Shown here: piece by piece, positions 1 to 9,551 of the stretch
How the letters are laid out: each line of letters starts with the position of its first letter
Position numbering within the stretch: the first letter of the stretch is position 1
DNA from: Arcobacteraceae bacterium
GTDB lineage: Bacteria; Campylobacterota; Campylobacteria; Campylobacterales; Arcobacteraceae
Assembly (NCBI GenBank): GCA_965224485.1
Contig: CBDCZH010000016.1
Location: 128,001 to 192,000 of the forward strand
Direction of reading: 5' to 3'
Length of the DNA stretch: 64,000 nt
Program-made: the position numbers and the translations under genes
The notes under the pieces: generated by a model
Seen by the model: the letters and a program-made list of their open reading frames with translations, nothing else
What the model was told of the DNA's origin: nothing
The model's database searches: none

Positions 1-745
1 ATATTCCAACTATTGCTACAAAGATATGTTTCATATCAACAGAAGAATTTTCTTGTGATAAACCCTCAATTTGTACTTTTTTATATATTCTTGGTTTTCT
101 ATAAGAGAAAAATATCGCTATTAATAAACCTAAAAACATTCCAAAAACAGGAATAGCCATTCCAAGAGGTAACATCGAAGCATCAGCTGCAACTCCATTA
201 TCAATAAGATATTTTAAAAGTATATTTTGTAAAAATATTCCTCCAAAACCAATAGGTAAAAGCATATAGGTTGCTGTTAAACCAAAAGTAATTACACAAG
301 CGATTAATCTTCTGTCCATATTTAAAGAAGAAATAACTTGAAGTAAAGGAGGAATTAATATAGGAATAAATGCAATATGAATTGGAATAATATTTTGAGA
401 AGAAATAGCTGCACAAAGAATAAGTGAGATTAAAATAATTTTAACCCAAAGTCTTTCTTTTGCATTTGCATCACTATTTTTTAACTTTTTAATTACTTTA
501 TTTGCTAATAAATCAGTAATTCCTGATCGTGAAATAGCAACAGCAAAGGCTCCTAACATAGCGTAACTTAAAGCAATAGAAGCTCCTCCGCCAAGTCCTT
601 TATTAAAAGCATCCATTGTTTCAAGTAAAGATAAGTCTCCTACAAGACCACCTACAATTGCACTTATAATAAGAGCAATAACAACGTTTATTCTTAATAA
701 ACTAAGAATTAGTAAAACTAAAACGGCAATTACAATAGCATTCAT
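1..745 (-). CDS. YuiF/NhaC-like Na+/H+ antiporter family membrane transporter (3' end outside window)
   Basis: Manual translation from ATG at 745: [36 protein letters not shown]...[28 protein letters not shown]; highly hydrophobic and runs off the window. Confidence 0.75.
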   Translation of the reverse strand, partial: MNAIVIAVLVLLILSLLRINVVIALIISAIVGGLVGDLSLLETMDAFNKGLGGGASIALSYAMLGAFAVAISRSGITDLLANKVIKKLKNSDANAKERLWVKIILISLILCAAISSQNIIPIHIAFIPILIPPLLQVISSLNMDRRLIACVITFGLTATYMLLPIGFGGIFLQNILLKYLIDNGVAADASMLPLGMAIPVFGMFLGLLIAIFFSYRKPRIYKKVQIEGLSQENSSVDMKHIFVAIVGI

Positions 746-808
746 TTAAATCCTTACATTAAATATTAAGATAAGGTTATATCATAAAAAATATTAAATA
801 ACTTTTAG

Positions 809-1570
809 TTATACCTTTGAACAAAACTCTTCTATTTTTGAAGCAAAATAAACAGGAGTTTCTATCATAGGATAATGTCCAGCCTCGTTTGATTGAGAAA
901 ATTTTAAATCTTTATATATAGGTGTAAATATTTTTTGAATATTTTCTAATGCAAAAAGAGCAAAATCATTTTTACCAACAATTATACGCACTGGTAATTC
1001 TAGGCTTTTAGCTTCTTGTAAAAAGTTTGTATATAAATACATTTTCATATAAGCAATTCTAGCTTCAAGTTTTGAGGCTTCATAAGCCATTTTAATTCTA
1101 CCCTCTCTCCACTTTTGATTATATCTTTTAGAAGAAGAGTTAACAATTTCTTCAATTTTACTTTCATTTTTTTGCATATCTTTTAAAAGTTTTACTTTTG
1201 CAAGTTCTGGAAGTTTTACACCTTCTGGACTAATTGGAGTTACTAAAATAAGCTTTTTAACTCTTTTGTCAATAAGAGCTAGTTTTTGGGCTATCATGCT
1301 TGACATAGAGTGGGCAATAATAGTAACTTCTTTAATATTTAAAATAGTAAGTAAATTAGAAATATCCATAGAAGCTTCTTCGCAAGTGTATTCTCCTAAT
1401 AAATCTTTTGATAAACCATAAGCTCTTAAATCAACAAAAATATAAGTAAATTTTTCTTCATCTAAATAAGGAAAAATTGGCTCATAATTTTTATAGTTGC
1501 CCATTAAGTCATGTAAAAGTATTACTTTTTCCTCACCTTTACCTATTATTTTATGAGCTAATTCAAGCAT
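809..1570 (-). CDS. Alpha/beta fold hydrolase
   Basis: LLHD, VDLRAYG, AHSMS nucleophile elbow, C-terminal AGHYP. Confidence 0.85.
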   Translation of the reverse strand: MLELAHKIIGKGEEKVILLHDLMGNYKNYEPIFPYLDEEKFTYIFVDLRAYGLSKDLLGEYTCEEASMDISNLLTILNIKEVTIIAHSMSSMIAQKLALIDKRVKKLILVTPISPEGVKLPELAKVKLLKDMQKNESKIEEIVNSSSKRYNQKWREGRIKMAYEASKLEARIAYMKMYLYTNFLQEAKSLELPVRIIVGKNDFALFALENIQKIFTPIYKDLKFSQSNEAGHYPMIETPVYFASKIEEFCSKV

Positions 1571-1661
1571 TTTCTTCCTTCATTTTTAAGTAATTTAAAT
1601 TTTCACAAGTATACGATGATTTTATTTGACTTTAAATAAAGTAAAGTATATACTTCTATTT

Positions 1662-2288
1662 ATGAACACTTTAGAATTTTGGTTATTATATATTATTACT
1701 GTTTTTATAGCTTCGATTATTCCAGGACCTAGTATGCTTTTAGCACTATCTCATGGACTTAAATACGGAACTAAGATTTCCGTCGTTACTGCTTTGGGAA
1801 ATACAATAGCTTCTATGATACAAGCAACTATTGCTATTCTTACCTTAGACATAGTTTTATCATCCTCAACAAATGTATTTATATTTGTAAAATATTTAGG
1901 AGCTTTATATTTAGTGTATTTAGGTATAAAATTATTTAGAACACCTTTTATTATACATAGTGAAGAAGATAAACTTGAGGAAAAACCAAAACTAAAAAAA
2001 CTTTTTTCACAAGCTTTTATAGTTGCAGCTGCAAATCCTAAAGCCATACTATTTTTCACAGCTTTATTTCCTCAATTTATTCAAGAAAATAGAACTGGTT
2101 TTACTCATTATGTATTGTTAGTAGTAGCTTTAGGCTTTATTGCTTTTTTATGTATGATGATTTACTCTTTTTTAGCTACTAAGGTAAAAGGATTTTTTAC
2201 AAGATCTTCAATCTCAAAATATATTGGGAAATCAATAGGTAGTATGTTTATAAGTTTTGGTTTAGGTTTAGCTTTTGTTAGTAAATAA
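1662..2288 (+). CDS. LysE/RhtB family amino acid exporter
   Basis: PGPS, KYLGALYLVYLG and NPKAILFF motifs; ATG at 1662 preferred over TTG at 1626. Confidence 0.9.
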   Translation: MNTLEFWLLYIITVFIASIIPGPSMLLALSHGLKYGTKISVVTALGNTIASMIQATIAILTLDIVLSSSTNVFIFVKYLGALYLVYLGIKLFRTPFIIHSEEDKLEEKPKLKKLFSQAFIVAAANPKAILFFTALFPQFIQENRTGFTHYVLLVVALGFIAFLCMMIYSFLATKVKGFFTRSSISKYIGKSIGSMFISFGLGLAFVSK

Positions 2289-2305
2289 TATACTTTAATA
2301 ATATT

Positions 2306-2854
2306 TTGAAAATACACTTATTAATAATATCATTTTTTGCTATATTTATTCTAAGTTCTTGTTCTACAAAACATTTAAATAAGAGTTCATTAAAGAAAAA
2401 CCAAATTACACTTTTACAAAATTCTATACAAAATATGGCAAATACAGTTTCCAAAAAAGAAGCCTATACTTTAGCAAAAATTGCTGTTTTATACTCTCTT
2501 GAATTAAAAAAAAACTATAAACTTGTAAGTCCTGCTTTATATCACAATACTCTTATTAACATAGGTATAAAAGAGCGCGGTTTTTGTTATGATTTTACAC
2601 AAGATTTAATAAAAGAGCTTAAAAAACAAGATTTCAAGACACTTGAGCTTAGATGGGCAGTACATAAAAGAGGAAAATATTTTGAACATAATGCAGTTTT
2701 GATTACTGCTAAAAATAAGACTTTTAATTCTGGAATTATTTTAGATGCCTGGAGAAACTCCGGTATTTTATTTTGGTCTTATTTAAAAGAAGATAAAAAA
2801 TACTCTTGGAGTGAGAATATTAAAAAAAGTAAATTTTATGGAAATATTAAATAG
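2306..2854 (+). CDS. Hypothetical lipoprotein
   Basis: Lipobox LSSC after a hydrophobic N-terminus; RGFC, FEHN and LDAWR segments. Confidence 0.65.
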   Translation: MKIHLLIISFFAIFILSSCSTKHLNKSSLKKNQITLLQNSIQNMANTVSKKEAYTLAKIAVLYSLELKKNYKLVSPALYHNTLINIGIKERGFCYDFTQDLIKELKKQDFKTLELRWAVHKRGKYFEHNAVLITAKNKTFNSGIILDAWRNSGILFWSYLKEDKKYSWSENIKKSKFYGNIK

Positions 2855-2886
2855 CTTTAATTCTTTAAAATAATTAAGAAAATAGC

Positions 2887-3171
2887 TTAAAATGCAAGTT
2901 TAAAAAAGACTTTATATAAAAGATCACTTTTTTTTAATTCTCCAAAGTCCCTACTATCATAAGAAAAAGCATCTTCACCTTTTACAAAATAGCCTTTTTG
3001 TGTAATAGAAGTAACTTTTTTAACCATTAAACCTCTTATTTTATCTTTAAATAAAACAAGATCATTTACTTTTATTTTTGAAAAAGTAAAAAGTTTTAGG
3101 CAAAACACTAACTCCCCCTCTTTTAAAAGAGGGTAAAGTGAAGAACCTTCAACTTTAAAAAGTTTGAACAT
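2887..3171 (-). CDS. sodX: Nickel-SOD maturation protease (S26-like peptidase)
   Basis: VEGSSLYP (Ser), VKKV (Lys), GED...DSRDFG; directly downstream of sodN. Confidence 0.8.
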   Translation of the reverse strand: MFKLFKVEGSSLYPLLKEGELVFCLKLFTFSKIKVNDLVLFKDKIRGLMVKKVTSITQKGYFVKGEDAFSYDSRDFGELKKSDLLYKVFFKLAF

Positions 3172-3626
3172 TAAGCAGGAACGACAATCTCTTCATTAGG
3201 TAAATAATTTGATTTAACTTTTTTAGTGCTAACACCTTTGATTTCCCAAAAAATTTCTGCAAATTTATTTACTTCTTCTAAAAGTTCATAAGCTTTATCT
3301 CTTGAAACATGCTGTCTATTTGCAGATGCTAAAGTCATAATAGTATGTACTAAAGAATGAATTTGTGGATATTTTTCAATTTGTGGAGCTTTAATAAAAT
3401 CTCCCCAAATAATTCTAATTTCATGTTTTACTTTTTCTGCTTCTTCTTCTTTAACAGCGATATGTCTAGAAACAGTATTAATATATTCTAAACTATCACT
3501 TTTTTCTAAAGCAATCATCAGATCAACCATTCTTATAACACTAAGTGCTGCTATTTGAGCAGTAATTGGGTCATATATCCCACAAGGTACATCACAATGT
3601 GCTTTTACAGTTTCTATTTTAAACAT
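3171..3626 (-). CDS. sodN: Nickel superoxide dismutase
   Basis: Ni-hook motif HCDVPCGIYDP after a 9-residue leader; KHEIRIIWGDF. Confidence 0.95.
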   Translation of the reverse strand: MFKIETVKAHCDVPCGIYDPITAQIAALSVIRMVDLMIALEKSDSLEYINTVSRHIAVKEEEAEKVKHEIRIIWGDFIKAPQIEKYPQIHSLVHTIMTLASANRQHVSRDKAYELLEEVNKFAEIFWEIKGVSTKKVKSNYLPNEEIVVPA

Positions 3627-4222
3627 TTTTTATCCTTTAATTTTTCTATCATTTGTTCAACTTTAAGCTCTTTTGCTAAAGAAATAGCAGAATTACCAAA
3701 GCTGTCCTCATACATTTTATTAGCTCCGTGCTCTAATAAAAACTCAATTAAACTTATTTTATTATACAGTACTGCGTAAATTAATGGTGTAGCTTTTTGT
3801 TTATCTTTTTGATTTATATCTAAACCACATCTTAGTAAAGTCTCTAATAAGTTGATATTATTCTTATATACACAATAATGCATAGCATGTAAATCTTTTT
3901 TATATTCTACTAATAAATTAATATGCAAAGATAATAAAATCTCAGTCGCTACTAAGTTATTTGAATATATTGCCCAAAACAAGGCATTTCTTCCTTTTTG
4001 ATCTCTTATATTTAAATTTGCTCCATAATTAATACAATCTATTATCTTATGATTTAAGTTCAATACAATTGCTTCAAATAAAACACACCAACCTACATTA
4101 TTTTGAGCATTTATATCTGCACCATTAAATAAGAGTTGATTAAATGTTTCTTCTTCTTTTATATTAGAAATAAGTAAGGAAGATAAATCAAATTTATGAT
4201 TTATTAAATTATTATTACTCAT
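3614..4222 (-). CDS. Ankyrin repeat protein
   Basis: Repeated GADIN, GRNALFWAI, ATPLIYAV and LLEHGAN units. Confidence 0.9.
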   Translation of the reverse strand: MSNNNLINHKFDLSSLLISNIKEEETFNQLLFNGADINAQNNVGWCVLFEAIVLNLNHKIIDCINYGANLNIRDQKGRNALFWAIYSNNLVATEILLSLHINLLVEYKKDLHAMHYCVYKNNINLLETLLRCGLDINQKDKQKATPLIYAVLYNKISLIEFLLEHGANKMYEDSFGNSAISLAKELKVEQMIEKLKDKKCLK

Positions 4223-4332
4223 TTTACCCCTTAATCTAAAATCTTACATAATATTATCATATAAAGCTTAAAATATATTGAGAATTAATATCGTTTTAGT
4301 AATACTTATATTACTTTAATTTAGGAGATAAA

Positions 4333-4974
4333 ATGGAACAAACAGCCTTAATATTAATTTTTTGGTATGGAATTTTACATGCTTTTGGACCTGATCACTT
4401 ATCAGCAATAGCTGATTTTTCACTTGGTAAAAATAAGAAAAAGACAATGCTTATAACAGTACTATTTGCCTTTGGTCATGGTATATCACTTTTAGCTTTT
4501 GCTAAAATTTTAGAAGTTTATGCACTTAGTGATAAAGTTCTTTCATATGGAGATACTGTTTCTGCTTTAGTTATATTATTAATGGGAGTATATTTATTAT
4601 ATATGGTTTATTCAAATAAAATTCATTTAAATAAACATATACATAAAGGAGAAGAGCATTTTCATATTTATTTTGGAAAAGAACATTCTCATACAAAAAA
4701 AGACCTAAGTTCAGCTTTTGCTATTGGAACACTTATGGGTATTGGAGGAGTAAGAGGTATGTTAATAACCCTTTCTTTAGTTCAAAATCAAGAAGTTAAT
4801 ATATATATGGTATTAGCATTTACTCTAGGAGTTATGTTAATCTTTATCTCTTTTGGAGCTTGTATCTTATACATAAATAAAAATTTATTAAATTCTAAGA
4901 AAAATATTAGAAGAGTATTTAGCTTAGCAGGTATTATTTCAGCTGTTGTAGGTTCATCTATGCTACTTTCTTAA
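4333..4974 (+). CDS. Nickel permease (UreH/SodT/NiCoT-like)
   Basis: LHAFGPDHL motif, FAFGH, His-rich loop (HLNKHIH...HFHIY...HSH); divergent from sodN. Confidence 0.8.
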   Translation: MEQTALILIFWYGILHAFGPDHLSAIADFSLGKNKKKTMLITVLFAFGHGISLLAFAKILEVYALSDKVLSYGDTVSALVILLMGVYLLYMVYSNKIHLNKHIHKGEEHFHIYFGKEHSHTKKDLSSAFAIGTLMGIGGVRGMLITLSLVQNQEVNIYMVLAFTLGVMLIFISFGACILYINKNLLNSKKNIRRVFSLAGIISAVVGSSMLLS

Positions 4975-5019
4975 CTTTTATTTTAAAATCTTTTGATAAA
5001 ATATCAAAAAAGGTTTAAA

Positions 5020-5316
5020 ATGAATAGAGTTGTAGTAATTGCAAAGATAAAAATAAAAGAAGAGTTCTATTTAGATGTATATAAAGAGCTTTTATTAATA
5101 TATAAACACACCCATGAAAATGATGAAGGATGTATTCAATATGATTTACATAATGACTTAGATGATAAGCATACTTTTATTTTCGTAGAAACTTGGGAAA
5201 ATAAAACATATTTAGATGAACATATGAAGCAAAAACATTTTTTAAATTTTATAAAAGAAATAAGCTCTAAAATTGAAAGTTTAGAAGTAAATAAACTACT
5301 TAAAATTGATATTTAA
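5020..5316 (+). CDS. Putative quinol monooxygenase (ABM domain)
   Basis: DEGCIQYDLH...FIFVETW...HM..KHF pattern. Confidence 0.85.
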   Translation: MNRVVVIAKIKIKEEFYLDVYKELLLIYKHTHENDEGCIQYDLHNDLDDKHTFIFVETWENKTYLDEHMKQKHFLNFIKEISSKIESLEVNKLLKIDI

Positions 5317-5322
5317 GTAAAA

Positions 5323-5352
5323 AAACTTTCACATTTGAACATGTGAAAGTTT
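5323..5352. terminator. Bidirectional intrinsic terminator
   Basis: aaactttcacat-ttgaac-atgtgaaagttt hairpin between convergent genes. Confidence 0.7.
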
Positions 5353-5368
5353 GTTTAATACTAAATAA

Positions 5369-6493
5369 TTATAGTTTATCTAAGGTTTCTACTAAAGCTT
5401 GTAAACAAGATTTTCCTAAATCACTTGATCTCTTAGCAGACCAGCCAAATTCTTTATTTGGAGTTTTTATAGTGTCTTTAAAAGGCATTTCTAAAGTCAT
5501 AGCTAAAGCATTGAAAGTAAAGGCTAAATAGTTAGTTCCTACTGTCATTAGAGCCTTTCCGTGCTTGTCAATATCATATCCTATTTCTGTTTGGAAATCT
5601 GGATTATTTTTTTGTAAAGCTTCTTGAAATGTATCTAATTGTTCTTGTTTTTTATTATTCCAAGAAACAATACCTTGTGCTCCTGCAATAAAATTATAAG
5701 CTAATTCTTCATCTCCATGAATATCTAAGCAAAAATCCATTCCTACAAGTTTCATTTTCTCTTTTACTAAAAAAACTTCAGGTGATTTTTCCATACTTGG
5801 GTTTAACCATTCTCTATTTAAATTAGCCCCTGCTGCATTTGTACGTAAGTTTCCTCTAAAAGAACCATCGGGATTCATATTTGGAACTATATAAAAGACT
5901 ACTTTTGTAAGAAGTTCTCGCACTAAAGCATTTTGCTCATCTAATAAACTTTCTAAAATACCTTCCATACACCATTGTGCCATTGTTTCACCAGGGTGCT
6001 GTCTTGCTATTAACCAACATACTTTTTTATTTTTACTATGTTCTCCAATTTTTAATAAATCCATATCAAAACCATCAAGACTAGATCCTAAGTTTATATA
6101 TTCAACTCTAGGATGTATTTGAGCTTTTGCTATTAAATCATCATGTTTTTGCATTGAGTATGGAGTAAAATAAGCATAATAAACAATATCATGTAAGGGT
6201 TCATGGGAGATTAAAAGTTTTTCGCCATCATAAAAAGTATCAACTCTAAACCAAGTTTGTCTATCATAAGAAGCAAGAGCTTTATATCCATGCCAAGCAT
6301 TTGCATATGAAGTTTTACTTGCATTTTGAATTTCCAAACTACAAGCAATACTCTTCGCTCCTGTCAATTTAAAATAAAACCATTGAAAAAAATCAGAATT
6401 ATTATCTTTTTTAATTTCTAGTTTTATTTTACCAGTATTACAAATATCAAGACAGTTAATATTTCCACCATCAAAGTTGCTACTTATAGTCAT
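5369..6493 (-). CDS. M14 cytosolic zinc carboxypeptidase
   Basis: NFDGGNI, ARQHPGE, NPDG, NLNR, LDIHGDE, TLEMPF motifs. Confidence 0.9.
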   Translation of the reverse strand: MTISSNFDGGNINCLDICNTGKIKLEIKKDNNSDFFQWFYFKLTGAKSIACSLEIQNASKTSYANAWHGYKALASYDRQTWFRVDTFYDGEKLLISHEPLHDIVYYAYFTPYSMQKHDDLIAKAQIHPRVEYINLGSSLDGFDMDLLKIGEHSKNKKVCWLIARQHPGETMAQWCMEGILESLLDEQNALVRELLTKVVFYIVPNMNPDGSFRGNLRTNAAGANLNREWLNPSMEKSPEVFLVKEKMKLVGMDFCLDIHGDEELAYNFIAGAQGIVSWNNKKQEQLDTFQEALQKNNPDFQTEIGYDIDKHGKALMTVGTNYLAFTFNALAMTLEMPFKDTIKTPNKEFGWSAKRSSDLGKSCLQALVETLDKL

Positions 6494-6565
6494 TTTCTTC
6501 CTTTTATTCTTCTTTATACATTATAAGAATAAAAAGTAGTTAATAAGTGTGCTTTTATACTAAAT

Positions 6566-6940
6566 TTATACTTTTTGAGAACTATGTCTTTGCATAAACT
6601 TAAAAGTACCATATAAAAGGATAAAAACAGAAGTAATCACAATAATGGCTTCTTTAAATAAGGTAACTTCAGTAGCACTATAACCACTTAAAAAAGAGTT
6701 TCCTAAAAAAATTCCATAAAAACTAAATAAAGAAATATAAACAACAACTATAAATCGTTGAGCATCAGAGAGAATTTTCTTTCTTTTTAAATTTGTAACT
6801 AGAAAAACCATAGTGACACTAATAATGAAAAAAACCATACTCGCTAAAGTCATACTCTTTTCAACATATAAATCATTTACAACAAAATATCCCAATACTC
6901 CAAGAAAAAGTATCAATACTAAATAAATTCCATTTTTCAT
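6566..6940 (-). CDS. Hypothetical membrane protein
   Basis: About four hydrophobic segments; RBS upstream. Confidence 0.6.
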   Translation of the reverse strand: MKNGIYLVLILFLGVLGYFVVNDLYVEKSMTLASMVFFIISVTMVFLVTNLKRKKILSDAQRFIVVVYISLFSFYGIFLGNSFLSGYSATEVTLFKEAIIVITSVFILLYGTFKFMQRHSSQKV

Positions 6941-7096
6941 AATAAGTCCTTTGTCATATTATATAAAGTAAAAAACTAAATTAAATAATTTAATATGTTA
7001 TATAAACACTTTAAGTACACTTTAAGGAGGTGATATTAATTAGTAATTTATACTGTTTATAAGTTCTAAATAAAAGCTTACAATTATGTAAGCCTT

Positions 7097-7741
7097 TTAG
7101 TTTTCAACTCTTTTTTCTAAAGACTTTTTATAAGCAGGTCCTAATTCAAGGCAAGCTAATATTTTTTTAATATTAGCTTGATTCTCTTTTGCTTTTAGAA
7201 AAGATTTATTGATAAACTCTATATTTAAAGTCTCGTATTTTCGTGAAAGTAGTTTTAGTTTTGAGTTTTTATCGATATATCCTTCTTTTATAACTCTTAG
7301 ATAAAATCCAGTTTTGCACTCTTTTATTGCATCTACACTAATAGTTTTAATTCCTAAAATTGAAGATATTTTATAACAAGGTTCTCTTGGTTGACTTACT
7401 TCTAGAATAGTCTCACCAAAAGAAAATCTATCTGCTAAACAAATATCTTTATCTTTTATATTTAAAAGTGTTATATTCTCAGCAAAAGAGCAAGGACTTA
7501 GGCTTAGATCATATTTTTTTTCAAAAAATTCATACTCATCTTTACAAAAAGCACAAATAGCTTTATGCTCTCCTCCATGATGTTTTTTATCACTTTGAGT
7601 ATCACTTAATATTCCATTTTTATTTACATATACTTTTGTTGTAAGTTCTTTTTTCTCATAAGAACTTACAAATGTTTTGCCATTTTTTATATATGTTTTC
7701 TTCTTTCCAGAATATAAAGCAAATAGTTTAATTTCTAACAA
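7097..7741 (-). CDS. MOSC domain protein (YiiM-like)
   Basis: DKKHHGG, FAENIT, VSQPREPCYK, TGFYLRVIKEG. Confidence 0.9.
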   Translation of the reverse strand: MLEIKLFALYSGKKKTYIKNGKTFVSSYEKKELTTKVYVNKNGILSDTQSDKKHHGGEHKAICAFCKDEYEFFEKKYDLSLSPCSFAENITLLNIKDKDICLADRFSFGETILEVSQPREPCYKISSILGIKTISVDAIKECKTGFYLRVIKEGYIDKNSKLKLLSRKYETLNIEFINKSFLKAKENQANIKKILACLELGPAYKKSLEKRVEN

Positions 7742-7788
7742 ATTAGATTCCTTTCAACATTGAATTTTTAAATTACAAGCAGAAGGTT

Positions 7789-9378
7789 CTATCTTCTTAA
7801 AGCTTTTAATGCATCAAGCAAGTACTTAGGATTATGTATAGAATCATACATTTTAAGTACTTCTTTATTGGTATCAAATAAACCATAAACAGCCATTTGT
7901 GCTGTTCTTACTGAATATTCTACGGTAAAGACACAATCATTAGGAACTTCTGCAAATTGCCCTAAAAAAGCAAAGTTTGTTGCACCTTTTGGTATTACAT
8001 CAGGTCTATCACCAATGTTTCTTGGCATAAACAAACTATCTATATAAGGCATAGAGACTGGTATGCAATTTATCTTTCCATCTTTAGTACTTTTTTTCAT
8101 TAAATTCTGAATATTTAAGTGATAATATAACTCTTCTAAAATTTCTTCTCCATTACACTCAGCCATTGTTTTATTTATATGATTACCTTTTCTATCAGGA
8201 TAAAGTCCATAACCCCAAAATATTTTAACATCCAAGGGTTGATTTGGAAAATGTGCTTGTCTTGCTATTACAAAAGACATAAGCCAATTTGAATCAGTAA
8301 TTGTTACAAGACCTCCTGTTCCATCAACATTTCCAGAAAATTCTTCCATATAATCATGAAAAGTATTATCTTGCATAGTTACTGTAAAGGAGTACCATTT
8401 TTGTAAATTAATATCATCACAAAATACAGAAGGGTTCCCAAAAGAACTATCCTTTTTTGCAAGTTTCTTCCATAATTTCCAAGATCCAGACTCTTCTAAA
8501 CCTTTAAGTTTAGCAGGTCTTCTCCAGGTTCCATTATCGCTACTATCAGTAATAGAGCCATTTGTAATAAATACAAAGTCATTTTTACCTAAAACTATTT
8601 CATCTTTATTTTTTAGATGAAGGATTGTTGCTGTTTTTTTGTCAGAAGATATATTAAAATCAATATCAATAACTTCTTTCCCTAATTCAAAATTTACACT
8701 TTTTTCTTCAAGATATTTTTTTAATGGTCTTACAACAGAATCATATTGATTATATTTAGTTCTCATAATTCCACCTAATCTATTAAGACCATCAATATGA
8801 TGAATAAATCTTTTCATATATCTTCTCATTTCAGCCAAACTACTCCATTTTTGGAAAGCAAACATTGTTGTCCATATATTCCAAAAATTTGTTTCAAAAA
8901 AATCTTGCTTAAACCAGTCTTCAATTCTTTTATTTCCCAATGATTCTTCTGAAACAAAAATTAATTTCAAAAAGTCTATTTGGTCTTCAAAAGATAAACC
9001 ATAAGAAGAAACATCTAATATTTTTCCATCTTTTAATAAACGAGCTTTGGCATTTGAAATAAACTTCTTATTAAAATCAAAAGACTCATCTTTTACTGAA
9101 ATATTCTCATCTTCTAAAGAAGGAATATTTGAAAGCAAGTCCCAATAACATTCATAATGAAGTTCATGCATCCTTCCCCCACGAACAACAAAACCACTAT
9201 CTTTATCTCCTGCTCCATCAGTTGCTCCACCAACAATTTTGTCTTTTTCTAAAATATAAATATTTTTTCCAAGAACACCTGCATCTTTTTGCAAATATAC
9301 AGCACTTGCAAGAGAAGCTATCCCACCACCAATTAAGTAAACTTTAGAATTCTTTGATATTTTATTATTTGACATCAT
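7789..9378 (-). CDS. Oleate hydratase (myosin-cross-reactive antigen family)
   Basis: GGGIASL FAD motif, RGGRM, TMFAFQKWSS, YNQYDS, FTVEYSVRTA. Confidence 0.92.
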   Translation of the reverse strand: MMSNNKISKNSKVYLIGGGIASLASAVYLQKDAGVLGKNIYILEKDKIVGGATDGAGDKDSGFVVRGGRMHELHYECYWDLLSNIPSLEDENISVKDESFDFNKKFISNAKARLLKDGKILDVSSYGLSFEDQIDFLKLIFVSEESLGNKRIEDWFKQDFFETNFWNIWTTMFAFQKWSSLAEMRRYMKRFIHHIDGLNRLGGIMRTKYNQYDSVVRPLKKYLEEKSVNFELGKEVIDIDFNISSDKKTATILHLKNKDEIVLGKNDFVFITNGSITDSSDNGTWRRPAKLKGLEESGSWKLWKKLAKKDSSFGNPSVFCDDINLQKWYSFTVTMQDNTFHDYMEEFSGNVDGTGGLVTITDSNWLMSFVIARQAHFPNQPLDVKIFWGYGLYPDRKGNHINKTMAECNGEEILEELYYHLNIQNLMKKSTKDGKINCIPVSMPYIDSLFMPRNIGDRPDVIPKGATNFAFLGQFAEVPNDCVFTVEYSVRTAQMAVYGLFDTNKEVLKMYDSIHNPKYLLDALKALRR

Positions 9379-9551
9379 CTTCTCCTAAATTTATTTTATT
9401 CTCTATTATAGTACATTTTAAAGATTAATAATAAATATTAAGTTTTTATTATAAGTATAAAAATGATTTTTTGCTTAATCTTTTTTATTCAGTGTTATTT
9501 TTATTATAAATTTGTTATCATTAGCAAAAAATAATATATTCAAGGCAATCA

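Noticed and set aside
201..416. 71-aa minus-strand ORF
   Set aside because: Alternative frame inside the transporter gene that starts at 745.
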